The position numbers were made by a program, and so were the translations under genes. The notes beneath the pieces were generated by a model that saw only the letters and a list, made by a program, of their open reading frames with translations, did no database searches and was not told where the DNA came from. DNA of 64,000 nucleotides from a virus. Every line of letters begins with the position of its first letter. Positions within the stretch are counted from its first letter, which is position 1. The stretch is taken from the IMG/VR virus record IMGVR_UViG_3300044844_000854, positions 32,001-96,000 of that record. One strand, given 5' to 3'. Of the stretch, positions 30,340 through 40,576 are shown piece after piece.

Positions 30340-30735
30340 ATGAAACAGAAAATGACACCATTTACTACTCATAGCAAACAAGGATTTACATCTAGGGATT
30401 TACCATATATTACAGGTAATAAAATCCTTGTAAGTGAATACTTTGTCAAACGACTTGGTGGTAAAGGATTTGTATATACAGGTGGCGAAACACTTGATTT
30501 CTCTCAAGGATTAAAAGAACCTACCACTGATACACCTAGCTATCTTGATTTGGATATGGTGCTAAAAACACTATTTGATGAGGTAGAACAACTTAAATTA
30601 CAAAATGCTTTACTTGCTGAATGTTTAGCTATTCGTGGGATTGAAATCGTAGCAAATAAAGCAATCTATCACCCTATTGGGAAAACAGAAAATACATTAC
30701 CTGCATTCTCTAGGTATGTTAAATCTGAAAAATAA
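30340..30735 (+). CDS. Hypothetical protein
   Basis: 131 aa; RBS AAGGA. Confidence 0.5.
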   Translation: MKQKMTPFTTHSKQGFTSRDLPYITGNKILVSEYFVKRLGGKGFVYTGGETLDFSQGLKEPTTDTPSYLDLDMVLKTLFDEVEQLKLQNALLAECLAIRGIEIVANKAIYHPIGKTENTLPAFSRYVKSEK

Positions 30736-30815
30736 TTAAGCTATATACATTGACAAATACAGACAATATTACTACATTGATCTAAAAGCTAAAGACACTC
30801 TCAGGACATGATAAG

Positions 30816-31109
30816 ATGTTTGAAACAATATACACAGTACAGATTAAGACATTATTATTTGAAATTAGTATTGTATGTTCACAATTACTAGATAATGATG
30901 AGCCTATTGCATTTGATTTATCCACAGAATTAAACCAATGGTGGATTGATGATAAAGATTATAAAACAACACCAAATGCAATCACTTTAGGTGTATGGCT
31001 TAAAACTATGGAATTACTTAAACAAGATAAATTATATTCAAGTAGAAATCTTACTTGTAAATCTGTGTTATTTGAGAGCCCATCTAAGATTGTTAGATTT
31101 ACACCATAA
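30816..31109 (+). CDS. Hypothetical protein
   Basis: 97 aa, downstream of a TTGACA-17-TACATT promoter-like site. Confidence 0.45.
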   Translation: MFETIYTVQIKTLLFEISIVCSQLLDNDEPIAFDLSTELNQWWIDDKDYKTTPNAITLGVWLKTMELLKQDKLYSSRNLTCKSVLFESPSKIVRFTP

Positions 31110-31160
31110 AAAACGGAATATTAAAAAACCAAACTACAAAAACACCATAGGAGATATACT

Positions 31161-31580
31161 ATGTCACAAGAAACACAAGAACAACAAGTAGAACAAGAAC
31201 AACCACAATCTACTACACAAGAAACACAAGAACAAGCTCAACAACAATCTCAAAATCCAAATGATGCTTTAGGTTTAACACCTGATGATGAGATTGAAAC
31301 TGCGGTATTACTTGTTATGACTAAGAAGGATAAGGCTATTTTGCCTGTTGTAAATATTGGTAGCTTAAAAACTGATAGAATTGCATCACCTAGAGAAGTA
31401 TATCGTATGTGCCTTGATGTTGCAGATCAAATCTCTTCTGTATCTCTTTTAGGTGAACTTACCAATGTACAGGTAGCATTACTTAAAGAAAGCAATCAAC
31501 AGGTATCAAACCTTACTGCTCAAAAGATTGCAATGGCATTAAATCGTGCAGTAGATGGTAGCAATAAACAAAATGGCTAA
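31161..31580 (+). CDS. Hypothetical protein with Q/E-rich N-terminus
   Basis: 139 aa; RBS AGGAG; QETQEQ repeated; overlaps the folE start. Confidence 0.55.
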   Translation: MSQETQEQQVEQEQPQSTTQETQEQAQQQSQNPNDALGLTPDDEIETAVLLVMTKKDKAILPVVNIGSLKTDRIASPREVYRMCLDVADQISSVSLLGELTNVQVALLKESNQQVSNLTAQKIAMALNRAVDGSNKQNG

Positions 31581-32139
31581 AATCAATGAAGATAATTTAG
31601 AAGTCATTCGTGATTTAATCTCTATCATTGGAGATAATCCATTTAGAGAAGGCTTGATTGATACACCTAAAAGAGTGCTTAAATCTTATGATGAAATCTT
31701 TGCAGGATATTCACAGAATGCTAGAGAAATCCTATCTACTACATTTGAAGAAGATATAAGCTATAACCAAATCATTCTTTCTAGGGATATTCCATTCTCA
31801 TCATTTTGTGAGCATCATATGTTACCATTTACAGGTAAGGCTCATGTTGCCTATTTACCTAATAAAAAGGTTGTAGGATTATCCAAACTTGCAAGAGTAG
31901 TGGATATGTTTGCAAAGAGATTACAAATTCAAGAGAAAATGACTGATCAAATTGCAGATGCTATCTTTGATGTATTACAACCTAAAGGTGTAGGTGTTAT
32001 GATTACTGCACACCATACATGTATGAGTATGAGAGGTGTAAATAAGCAAGACTCTCAAATGCTTACTACTGCTCTTAGGGGTACATTTCTTACAGAAGAA
32101 CATAAGCAAGAATTTTATAATATGATCAATACTAGATAG
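31573..32139 (+). CDS. folE: GTP cyclohydrolase I
   Basis: [43 protein letters not shown]. Start moved to ATG 31573. Confidence 0.97.
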   Translation: MAKINEDNLEVIRDLISIIGDNPFREGLIDTPKRVLKSYDEIFAGYSQNAREILSTTFEEDISYNQIILSRDIPFSSFCEHHMLPFTGKAHVAYLPNKKVVGLSKLARVVDMFAKRLQIQEKMTDQIADAIFDVLQPKGVGVMITAHHTCMSMRGVNKQDSQMLTTALRGTFLTEEHKQEFYNMINTR

Positions 32140-32185
32140 ATATTATTTCCTTTTTTAAACCACCGAAAAAAACGGGATATATAAA

Positions 32186-32581
32186 ATGAGTAGAAAAGTA
32201 ATAGCAATAGACTTTGATGGAACTCTTACTCATCTACAAGATAACTATCATAATATGGAAATACATGAATTAAGACCTAATGAAACAATTATCAATTATG
32301 TAAGAGCATTGCATAGTGAGTATCATTTCATTGTGATCTTTACTGCTAGATTATCTCACTATAGGGAAGAGATCGCAGCATACTTGAATTTCCATAAGAT
32401 ACCTTTTGATCTTATTCATACAGAGAAATTAAGGTTTGATGTGTTAATTGATGATAGAACTCTACACCCTAGCTTGATTGAGGCATTTGCAAACGATACT
32501 CATCATCAACTTGTGGATAAGATTAGACTAGAAACATTATCTCTAAACCTTAATCTAAGTGATGTAAATAAAAATGAATGA
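32186..32581 (+). CDS. HAD-superfamily phosphatase (capless)
   Basis: Motif I IAIDFDGTL, motif II FTAR, Lys, motif IV IDDR. Confidence 0.8.
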   Translation: MSRKVIAIDFDGTLTHLQDNYHNMEIHELRPNETIINYVRALHSEYHFIVIFTARLSHYREEIAAYLNFHKIPFDLIHTEKLRFDVLIDDRTLHPSLIEAFANDTHHQLVDKIRLETLSLNLNLSDVNKNE

Positions 32582-32972
32582 GAAGAAAAAGACAGATGAA
32601 GTTCAATTTGAATATGATATTAAAGAACTTGAATTCTATTGGGATTTACTTATGGAAACATATCTTTCTATCCATTCTAGATTGAATTACCAAAGGGAAA
32701 AAACACCTTATGATTTAAATAGCCTTATGATGACTATCAACTCAGCTACAAACTATTTACTTGGTGAAATCTCTTATAAAGATAAAGAAGATGAAATCTA
32801 TGTATGTAAGCATTGTAGAAAGCTATATGTAGATCAATTCCCTTGCTATGAACGAAGAAAGAATAATCCATCACTTCTACTTAAATGTGAGAAAGCCGAT
32901 CAACCTATAGATAAAGATACTGACTTTAGCGACTATCTTGATTATGCAAAAAACGGAAAGTTTAAAAAATAA
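32574..32972 (+). CDS. Hypothetical protein with CxxC...C...C
   Basis: 132 aa; CKHC plus two more Cys; translationally coupled within the modification cluster. Confidence 0.5.
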   Translation: MNEKKKTDEVQFEYDIKELEFYWDLLMETYLSIHSRLNYQREKTPYDLNSLMMTINSATNYLLGEISYKDKEDEIYVCKHCRKLYVDQFPCYERRKNNPSLLLKCEKADQPIDKDTDFSDYLDYAKNGKFKK

Positions 32973-34084
32973 TGTTAAAAATATGCTATATCCAAAGACC
33001 TGATTACCAAATAGAACTATCTGGTCCATATATTAAAAGACAAGCATACCATAAAATGCTAGATAGCTTATCTCTACTTACAATCATTAAACTAGAAGAA
33101 ACAGATTATAAAGTACCTAATTGTGTTAAGCCTGATTTTCTTGATCTTACATATTACCAACAGGTGTTAGATTTACGACTTGAACAATATGACTTAGTAT
33201 TTAATGAGAGATACACATTACTACCTATACTTGATCAAATTGGTGTAAGACATGTATTTTTACCACATATGACTTGGGAATGTAATGATGGATTTGCCCA
33301 TGACTTAGAGAAATATGCACCTTTTAGTGATATTGTTATTTGTGAAACTTCTCTTATTAAGGGTATGTTTATTAGATTTACTAAGAATTGCTTTGTATTA
33401 CCAAATCCCAACACTATTAAAGAGTTTAGATATAATCATACTTTAAGTGATGTAAATAATAATGTCATTATGGTAGGTAGAGATGATGATGTTAAACAAA
33501 TGTATTTAGGTATAGATGCATTCAACAATGCTAGATTACCTTGTAAATTGGATATTTATTCATCTATCCCTTTAAGTAAAAAAACGGAAAGTAAAATAAA
33601 TCCTAAAACAACAAGAGTACATATCGGCAAACCAACAAACTATGATAGATCAAGTATATTACTACATACATCTATCCATGAAACAGCTTGTATTACTATT
33701 CAAGAAGCAATCTCTAATGGACTTACATTGGTTATCCCTAGAGAATTTGGGTATGATCACTATGTAGAGAATGAATATACATTTAAATTTAATAGATCAA
33801 ATATCTACTCTAAACAGGTTAAACTGATTATTGATACTCTTAACTATGCACATATGATGCAGACTACAGATAAATCTTCACAGTTAGATTTCCACAATAA
33901 ACATACTATGAGTGTAATTTGTAGACTACTTAAAGGCATACTTGATCAAATCAAAATACTTTTAGATGAACAGGCTAGAGATAAACACCTTGATTGTGAT
34001 ACTAGCTTAAAACTAACACAATTGATCTATAGGGAACTAAAAGAAGATAACAAGATAAAACTTGATAAAAAAACGGAACAGTAA
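32972..34084 (+). CDS. Glycosyltransferase, GT-B fold (GT4-like)
   Basis: VLPNP, MVGR...K, LHTSIHETACITIQEAISNG (E-x7-E motif). Confidence 0.75.
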   Translation: MLKICYIQRPDYQIELSGPYIKRQAYHKMLDSLSLLTIIKLEETDYKVPNCVKPDFLDLTYYQQVLDLRLEQYDLVFNERYTLLPILDQIGVRHVFLPHMTWECNDGFAHDLEKYAPFSDIVICETSLIKGMFIRFTKNCFVLPNPNTIKEFRYNHTLSDVNNNVIMVGRDDDVKQMYLGIDAFNNARLPCKLDIYSSIPLSKKTESKINPKTTRVHIGKPTNYDRSSILLHTSIHETACITIQEAISNGLTLVIPREFGYDHYVENEYTFKFNRSNIYSKQVKLIIDTLNYAHMMQTTDKSSQLDFHNKHTMSVICRLLKGILDQIKILLDEQARDKHLDCDTSLKLTQLIYRELKEDNKIKLDKKTEQ

Positions 34085-34086
34085 AA

Positions 34087-34713
34087 ATGTTTTTAGACAA
34101 ATACAAATCAAATATAGATACAAATATCCATAGATCACTATACAACAAAGATGATAATGGTAGATCAATGGAAAATGAAGATCATATTAGATTAGCAGTA
34201 AATCACTTTATCCGTAAATGTAGACCAGGTGTTAGAGCTAGATTTTTTGATATTGGTGCTGATTATGGATTTGCTATGCATATTGCTAAGACAAGATTTA
34301 TAGATGTTTATGGTATTGAGCCATACCCGCATATTGATCCCATAGACCCTATGATTAAGATTGATCAAGATACAATAGAAACACTTGATTTTGCCCAATA
34401 TCCTAGCGGTGAGTATCATGTATTTTTAAACCATGTCTTAGAACATTTGGAAAATCCCATAGGTGCATTGAATAAGCTAAGTGCATTTACAGATTGCCAA
34501 TATCTCTTTATCTCTACACCTAATGGATTATGTCAAGATATGGATTGGGTATTCCCAAGAGGGCATTTACATTCATTTATTCCTGAATTTTTTTCTATTG
34601 TAGTGCCTAGAGAAACACGATTTAAACTTATGGAACAACAAATTGTGTGCTTTAGAAACGGTTGGGAAGAAATTTGGAATGTATACCAAAGAAAATCAAC
34701 AACGGAAGAATAA
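34087..34713 (+). CDS. Class I SAM-dependent methyltransferase (Methyltransf_23-like)
   Basis: FFDIGADYG, GIEP, NHVLEHLENP, ISTPN, HLHSF. Confidence 0.85.
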   Translation: MFLDKYKSNIDTNIHRSLYNKDDNGRSMENEDHIRLAVNHFIRKCRPGVRARFFDIGADYGFAMHIAKTRFIDVYGIEPYPHIDPIDPMIKIDQDTIETLDFAQYPSGEYHVFLNHVLEHLENPIGALNKLSAFTDCQYLFISTPNGLCQDMDWVFPRGHLHSFIPEFFSIVVPRETRFKLMEQQIVCFRNGWEEIWNVYQRKSTTEE

Positions 34714-34714
34714 G

Positions 34715-35023
34715 ATGAAAAACACTTTTGATAACATTGCTAGTGATCTTGCTAGATTACTTACTGCTAAGAATGATGCTTATGGTAATGCATTTGATAA
34801 GACTACTCAAATCTTAACATTACTATATCCTAAAGGCATTCCCTTATCTAGCTATAAAGATGTACATGTCATTATTAGAATGCTTGATAAACTTTCAAGG
34901 ATTGCACAAAACAATGATCCATTTGGTGAGTCACCATACCAAGACATTGCAGGCTATTCATTACTTGCTTTAAAATCACACCTAGACACTCAAGAAAAAA
35001 CGGAAGTTAAAAAAGATGAATAA
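34715..35023 (+). CDS. Nucleotide modification associated domain 1 (NMAD1/DUF1599-like, all-alpha NTP-PPase-like)
   Basis: KN..YG.AF, R.LDKLSRI, DIAGY. Start moved to ATG 34715. Confidence 0.7.
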   Translation: MKNTFDNIASDLARLLTAKNDAYGNAFDKTTQILTLLYPKGIPLSSYKDVHVIIRMLDKLSRIAQNNDPFGESPYQDIAGYSLLALKSHLDTQEKTEVKKDE

Positions 35024-35792
35024 ATACCAATTAGCAATCATGATGAGTGGTGGATTAGATAGCTTTGTTGCCTATCACTATGCACAGAAAGAACTAAACA
35101 TTCCTAAAGATCAAATTGTATGTGTATGGGTAAATTTGGGACAACCATATAACCATAAAGAAAAACAAGCAATAGATCACCTACAACAATCTCACTCTTT
35201 AGATAATGTTAGAATAATCACTTGTGATATATTAAGAGCTGAATGGGATAATCTACCACAGGTTAAAGAGCCTAAACAAATCATACCTGCACGAAATCTA
35301 CTACTTTCTAGCATAGGTGCAATGTATGGTAATACTGTATGGATTTGTGCCTTAGAAAGTGAAATGCATGATAAAAATCCACTACAATTAGATAAGAGTC
35401 ATAAATTCTACCAACTAGCTACAGATACTCTTACTGCTACACATGGCATTCCTATTAAGGTTGAAACACCATTCTCTAAGATGTCTAAAACTGATTTGAT
35501 TGCATGGTCAATAAAAAACGGAATATCAAAAGAAGAACTTTTAAGTACATCTACCTGCTATGATGAAAATATTAGAAATTGTGGAAGATGTGGAACTTGC
35601 TTTAAGAGAAAGATTGGATTTATTCTAAATAATATAGAAGAACATTATGAAAATGATCCATTTACAAGTGATTTTGCAGAGCCATATCTTAGAAAACTAC
35701 TTGATGCACAAGCTAAACAAGATTATTCTCACTATACACAAAAACGAGTAGAAGAAACTATATTAGCTATGTCTAAAAACAAAAAGGAATAA
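35016..35792 (+). CDS. queC: 7-cyano-7-deazaguanine synthase (QueC-like)
   Basis: PP-loop SGGLDS, IPARNLLL, SK..LI, TSTCY, CGRCGTCFKR. Confidence 0.9.
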   Translation: MNKYQLAIMMSGGLDSFVAYHYAQKELNIPKDQIVCVWVNLGQPYNHKEKQAIDHLQQSHSLDNVRIITCDILRAEWDNLPQVKEPKQIIPARNLLLSSIGAMYGNTVWICALESEMHDKNPLQLDKSHKFYQLATDTLTATHGIPIKVETPFSKMSKTDLIAWSIKNGISKEELLSTSTCYDENIRNCGRCGTCFKRKIGFILNNIEEHYENDPFTSDFAEPYLRKLLDAQAKQDYSHYTQKRVEETILAMSKNKKE

Positions 35793-35795
35793 CAA

Positions 35796-37415
35796 ATGAA
35801 AGTCGTTCTTGCAGGTGCACAATCTAAAAATGCTATGGAAGATTTACTATGGGCAGGCACACCCAATGTACTTGTTTCATATGAATATCTTAAAGATCAA
35901 AAAAATAAGGGTATAGAAGTCCTTAAAACATTCAAATCAGCAGAACGATGGATACTTGTTGACTCTGGTGCATTTACATTTAAGGTAAAATATAAATTTT
36001 TAAACTCAGCTTATTTTGATACAGATACATTTCCACCTAAACCTAAGGCATCTTTTGAACAACAATCTGTAGATCAAATTGTAGAATACTTTAAAGAACA
36101 ACAAATACCATTTGATCCTAGAACACAATGGGAACAAGCTAAAGAATATGCAATTAAAGATGTAACAAACTACTTTTTAGAACATTTAGATTGGATTAGA
36201 CAAGCAGCACCTTATGCTAATGCATTTGCAGAACTAGATGTTGAATGGCTTATAGGTGATACTATTTGGCAATGGCGAGATCAATATAAAAAGGTGCTAG
36301 ATGAAAACAATCCTGATGCAGAACTCATTTGTACACCACACATTTATAATTCAGATGAAGATTTAAAAAACATTGCTACCAAAATCACTAGATATATTGG
36401 ATCTGACTTTTTAAATGCTAGAAAAGATAGTAGGCTATGGACTACACAAATGCCTATCTTAAAGGAACATCGTATTAGGGTACATGGTTGGGCTCTCACA
36501 GGTCATATCTCTATGAGAGAGCTACCGTTCTATAGCATTGACTCTACAACATGGCTTGGTGGCGCTAAATATGGGACAACATATCACTATAGGGGTAATT
36601 GGGATATTGTTACTTATGATCACACAAGAAAGGTAGAGAATAGACAACAATTCAAGGGATTTTGTAAGGAACATGAAATCGACTTTGATCAATTTATAGC
36701 TGATCATATCCCTACTGTAAATCGTTTTAATGCTAAGATGTGGACACTATGTGCGATAGACTTGGAACGAGATATATCTAGAGCATATTGGTTATCTGAA
36801 GAAGAATTACAAAATGCAATCTCTACACAAAGATCAGAATTTGGACTTGATAAACCTTTAGAAGTTAGACATAGACTTGATTTGATTTCACCTGAAGAGG
36901 CAAGATTACAATCTATCAATTATACAAGAATGTGTAATGCTTGCTTTCTAAACACAAAGTGCCCTGTATTTAAAAAAGATGCAACCTGCTCTATTGATAC
37001 AGGTATCTCTATAGATAATAAAGATGCTATGATGCAATTACTAAATAAAGTGATTGAATTACAAGGTCAACGAGTAATGTTCGGTGTATTTGCAGAAAGA
37101 ATACAAGGTGGTGTGATCGACCCTATGGTTGGTAAAGAAATGTCTTTATTATTCAAATTAGGTGAGCAAGCTAAAGCAATTGAACAAGAAAACACTACTG
37201 CTACAATCTCTTTCTCTAGTGGTGAAAAGAAACCTGCAGGTGGTATCCTATCTCAACTGTTTGGTGGGTATGGTAGAAATGGTGGTGGTGGATCTAAACC
37301 ATCTCAATCTGAGAAAGTGATTGATGTTCAACCTATAGAACAATTAGAATTCCAAGAATTAAAACAAATTGAAAATCAAGTAGTTATAAGATCAAAACCT
37401 GACAGTGAAAAATAA
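35796..37415 (+). CDS. dpdA: DpdA-like / TGT-fold DNA base-exchange enzyme with Cys-rich C-terminal extension
   Basis: LVDSGAFTF, ELDV, VHGW, PFYSIDSTTW.GG.KYG are TGT/DpdA-family motifs; adjacent to queC and in the same cluster as folE. Confidence 0.75.
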   Translation: MKVVLAGAQSKNAMEDLLWAGTPNVLVSYEYLKDQKNKGIEVLKTFKSAERWILVDSGAFTFKVKYKFLNSAYFDTDTFPPKPKASFEQQSVDQIVEYFKEQQIPFDPRTQWEQAKEYAIKDVTNYFLEHLDWIRQAAPYANAFAELDVEWLIGDTIWQWRDQYKKVLDENNPDAELICTPHIYNSDEDLKNIATKITRYIGSDFLNARKDSRLWTTQMPILKEHRIRVHGWALTGHISMRELPFYSIDSTTWLGGAKYGTTYHYRGNWDIVTYDHTRKVENRQQFKGFCKEHEIDFDQFIADHIPTVNRFNAKMWTLCAIDLERDISRAYWLSEEELQNAISTQRSEFGLDKPLEVRHRLDLISPEEARLQSINYTRMCNACFLNTKCPVFKKDATCSIDTGISIDNKDAMMQLLNKVIELQGQRVMFGVFAERIQGGVIDPMVGKEMSLLFKLGEQAKAIEQENTTATISFSSGEKKPAGGILSQLFGGYGRNGGGGSKPSQSEKVIDVQPIEQLEFQELKQIENQVVIRSKPDSEK

Positions 37416-37523
37416 ATAATTGACCTTTAGGTGTTATTCATCTAGCTTATTGCAAATTTTCCTATTGCTAGGTATCTATCAAAAAACGGGATATTAAAAA
37501 ACCAAACAACAAGAGAAGGTAAA

Positions 37524-39491
37524 ATGAAACAATCATTTACACTAGATACATCATTTGTAGAAACATATAAATCTAAAAAAGTAAGATGGGGTGGACTTGG
37601 GTATGTTGTATTTAAGAGAACATATGCTAGATCACTTGAAAATGGAAATACAGAAGAATGGTATCAAACAATTGAAAGAGTAGTTAATGGCACATACTCT
37701 CTACAGAAAAATCACTGTAAATCTCTCAATCTCTATTGGAATGAAGAAAAATCTCAAGCATCTGCTAAAGAAATGTATGATCGTATCTTTAATTTCAAAT
37801 TCCTACCACCTGGTCGTGGATTATGGGCTATGGGTACAGATATGATCTACAAGCAAGGATCAGCATCACTCAATAATTGTGCATTTGTATCTACAGAAGA
37901 TTTAGAAAGTGATCCTGTTGAGCCATTTATGTTCCTTATGGATATGGAAATGCTTGGTGTAGGTGTAGGGGCTGATACACTAGGTAAAGGTAAAATCAAT
38001 GTCAACAAAAAAACGGTGGTAGAAGAAACCCATATCGTACCTGATACAAGAGAAGGTTGGGTAGAATTACTTGGTATTATTCTAAAGGCATACTTTGTTA
38101 AAGGTGCAACATATCCTAGCACAATTGACTATTCACTCATTAGACCTGCAGGATTACCAATTAAAGGCTTTGGTGGTGTAAGTAGTGGTAAAGACCCACT
38201 TGAATTACTTGTTAAAGAAATCACTACACTACTTGATACATTCTTAGGTGACCTAGATAGCAAGCCAATCTCATCTACAATCATTGTGGATATTTGTAAT
38301 TATATTGGTAAATGTGTAGTAGCAGGTAATGTAAGAAGAACTGCTGAGATTATGTTTGGTACACCTGATGATGAAGAATTTCTTGATCTAAAAACGGACA
38401 TGGAAAAACTATCTTCACACAGATGGGCATCAAACAATTCTGTATTAGCACATGTAGGTATGGATTATACTCAAATTGCAAAACGAATTGAAATCAATGG
38501 TGAGCCAGGACTCATTTGGCTAGATAATGCTAGAACATTTGGAAGATCAAAAGATAAAAATACAGATGATTTTCGTGTTAAGGGAACAAATCCATGTGGT
38601 GAACAATTCTTAGAGAGTTATGAATTATGTAATCTTGTAGAAACATTTCCTGCACATCATGATAGCTTAGAAGATTTTATGCTTACACTCAAGTATGCAT
38701 ATCTCTATGCAAAGTCAGTAACACTTACACCTACACACAATGCTAGAACAAATCAAGTAATGATGAGAAATCGTAGAATTGGTTGTTCTATGTCAGGCAT
38801 TGTTCAAGCAATCAATAAATTTGGATTAGATACATTTAGAACATTCTGTGATCAAGGCTATAAAAAGGTAAAGGAATATGATCGCCAATATTCTGAATGG
38901 TTATGTATTCCTAGATCAGTAAGAATGACAACTGTAAAACCAAGTGGCACTGTATCACTACTTTGTGGAGCAACACCAGGTGTACACCAAGAGCATTCAG
39001 AGTATTATATTAGAAGAGTAAGATTAAGCAAAAACTCACCATTGCTAGAAGTCCTTACTAAAGCAGGCTACCATACAGAGCCATGTAAATACCAACCAGG
39101 AAGTATTGTTGTATCCTTTCCAATGAAGGTAGAGAATTTTAAGAAAGCTAAAGCAGATGTAACACTATGGGAACAGGTTGCACTATGTTCATTTATGCAA
39201 CAACATTGGAGTGATAATAGTGTTAGCAATACAATTACATTTACAAAGCAAGAAGCTAAAGACATTCCTATCTTGTTATCATTCTATGAAGATAAATTGA
39301 AGAGTGTATCTATGCTACCACTAAATGATCATAGCTATGAGCAAGCCCCTTATGAGTCAATTACACAAGAACAGTATTTAGAAATGATTAAGCCAATTGT
39401 AGATATTGATGATGTGCTTGTTAAAGATACACATGAAGAAACAGAAAAATTCTGTGATGGTGATAAGTGTACAATCAAGTTAAACCAATAA
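37524..39491 (+). CDS. nrdJ: Class II (B12-dependent) ribonucleotide reductase, monomeric RTPR type
   Basis: RTYAR, PPGRGLW, NNCAF, VAGNVRR, GTNPCGE...CNL, TVKPSGTVSL, C-terminal CDGDKC; no NrdB nearby. Confidence 0.93.
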   Translation: MKQSFTLDTSFVETYKSKKVRWGGLGYVVFKRTYARSLENGNTEEWYQTIERVVNGTYSLQKNHCKSLNLYWNEEKSQASAKEMYDRIFNFKFLPPGRGLWAMGTDMIYKQGSASLNNCAFVSTEDLESDPVEPFMFLMDMEMLGVGVGADTLGKGKINVNKKTVVEETHIVPDTREGWVELLGIILKAYFVKGATYPSTIDYSLIRPAGLPIKGFGGVSSGKDPLELLVKEITTLLDTFLGDLDSKPISSTIIVDICNYIGKCVVAGNVRRTAEIMFGTPDDEEFLDLKTDMEKLSSHRWASNNSVLAHVGMDYTQIAKRIEINGEPGLIWLDNARTFGRSKDKNTDDFRVKGTNPCGEQFLESYELCNLVETFPAHHDSLEDFMLTLKYAYLYAKSVTLTPTHNARTNQVMMRNRRIGCSMSGIVQAINKFGLDTFRTFCDQGYKKVKEYDRQYSEWLCIPRSVRMTTVKPSGTVSLLCGATPGVHQEHSEYYIRRVRLSKNSPLLEVLTKAGYHTEPCKYQPGSIVVSFPMKVENFKKAKADVTLWEQVALCSFMQQHWSDNSVSNTITFTKQEAKDIPILLSFYEDKLKSVSMLPLNDHSYEQAPYESITQEQYLEMIKPIVDIDDVLVKDTHEETEKFCDGDKCTIKLNQ

Positions 39492-39622
39492 TTTAAACCA
39501 ATATCGTATAGTAAAAAAACGGGATTTTTAAAAAAGATATACTTAGAACATATACAAAGAAATGACAATATACCTTATTATATATATATATGCAAATTTT
39601 CACTTTTTAAACCGTCCTGTAA

Positions 39623-39901
39623 TCACAAAGACTTTTCTCTTAGTTCATGTAATTCATGATTAAGCCTTGAAATCAAATGATCAATATGACTAAGGTATTC
39701 TTCTCTTATAGGCTTGTTCTTTAGCATTGTGGTAGCAATATCCTTGATCAATTTAAGACTTTCAATATCAAGATTAATCTCATCTAGTAAAGGTACATCT
39801 CTAAAGATTGTGCCATCATTCTTACAATTACAGGTATATAAACCATCGTGGGTATGGGTATTTAGATTTAACATAGCATGATTTCCTTTCTTTATGCTCA
39901 T
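39623..39901 (-). CDS. Hypothetical protein (only convincing minus-strand gene; likely start 39874)
   Basis: Fills a gap with no + strand ORF; AAGGA precedes the internal Met at 39874; divergent from 40100. Confidence 0.55.
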   Translation of the reverse strand: MSIKKGNHAMLNLNTHTHDGLYTCNCKNDGTIFRDVPLLDEINLDIESLKLIKDIATTMLKNKPIREEYLSHIDHLISRLNHELHELREKSL

Positions 39902-40001
39902 TACATTATAACAGATTACTTTAAACTTTTCATTAACATTGACAATTTAAACTTAGATTTACATATATACATTTTAATAAAAATACACAAATTGCTAGAT
40001 A

Positions 40002-40030
40002 TTTACACTATTCACTAAGATTGCTATTCT
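40002..40030 (+). promoter_or_regulatory. sigma70-like promoter, CACTAAG-spacer family
   Basis: TTTACA-17 bp-TATTCT with CACTAAG at 40013-40019. Confidence 0.7.
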
Positions 40031-40099
40031 TATATTATCATTTTGATATTGCATTTTTTCGCAAATCAATTTTTTCTTCAACAACAAAAGGTATAGATT

Positions 40100-40576
40100 A
40101 TGTTAGATTTTGACATTATTCTAAATGCTAAAGCTAGATTACCTAAAGATGCTCAAATTCGACTTGAAAATAGAGCTAAATCTTTACTCGATCAGATTAC
40201 AACTTTGCAAATCCCATTGCTATGGTTAAAAGATAACCTTTATGCAAGCATCTCTGAGCAAATTCATAATACTTATCGTTATGGTAATGAATTTAATGGT
40301 GATCCTGAAGGTTATGAAACTGTTAGAGAATTTTACACAAACAATCAAACTGTTGTGGAATTACTTTCAAGTGCAGAAATTCGTACATGTTGGATTAACA
40401 ACGGACACAATGGTTATGTAATTGCTTGTCCTTCATCACAAAAAGATGGTTTACTCTTTTATTTAGAAGCAGGGATTATTCTTTGTGATCATCGTGATGC
40501 ACTCAATGATGCAGAAACAGAAATCTACACCTATTTACACACTCTAGAAAAAAGTGGTGAACATAATGAGCCTTAA
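40100..40576 (+). CDS. Hypothetical (early-type) protein
   Basis: 158 aa downstream of a promoter. Confidence 0.55.
   Translation: MLDFDIILNAKARLPKDAQIRLENRAKSLLDQITTLQIPLLWLKDNLYASISEQIHNTYRYGNEFNGDPEGYETVREFYTNNQTVVELLSSAEIRTCWINNGHNGYVIACPSSQKDGLLFYLEAGIILCDHRDALNDAETEIYTYLHTLEKSGEHNEP

Noticed and set aside
39578-39591. (TA)n run after nrdJ
   Set aside because: Short low-complexity tract, expected in an AT-rich intergenic region.
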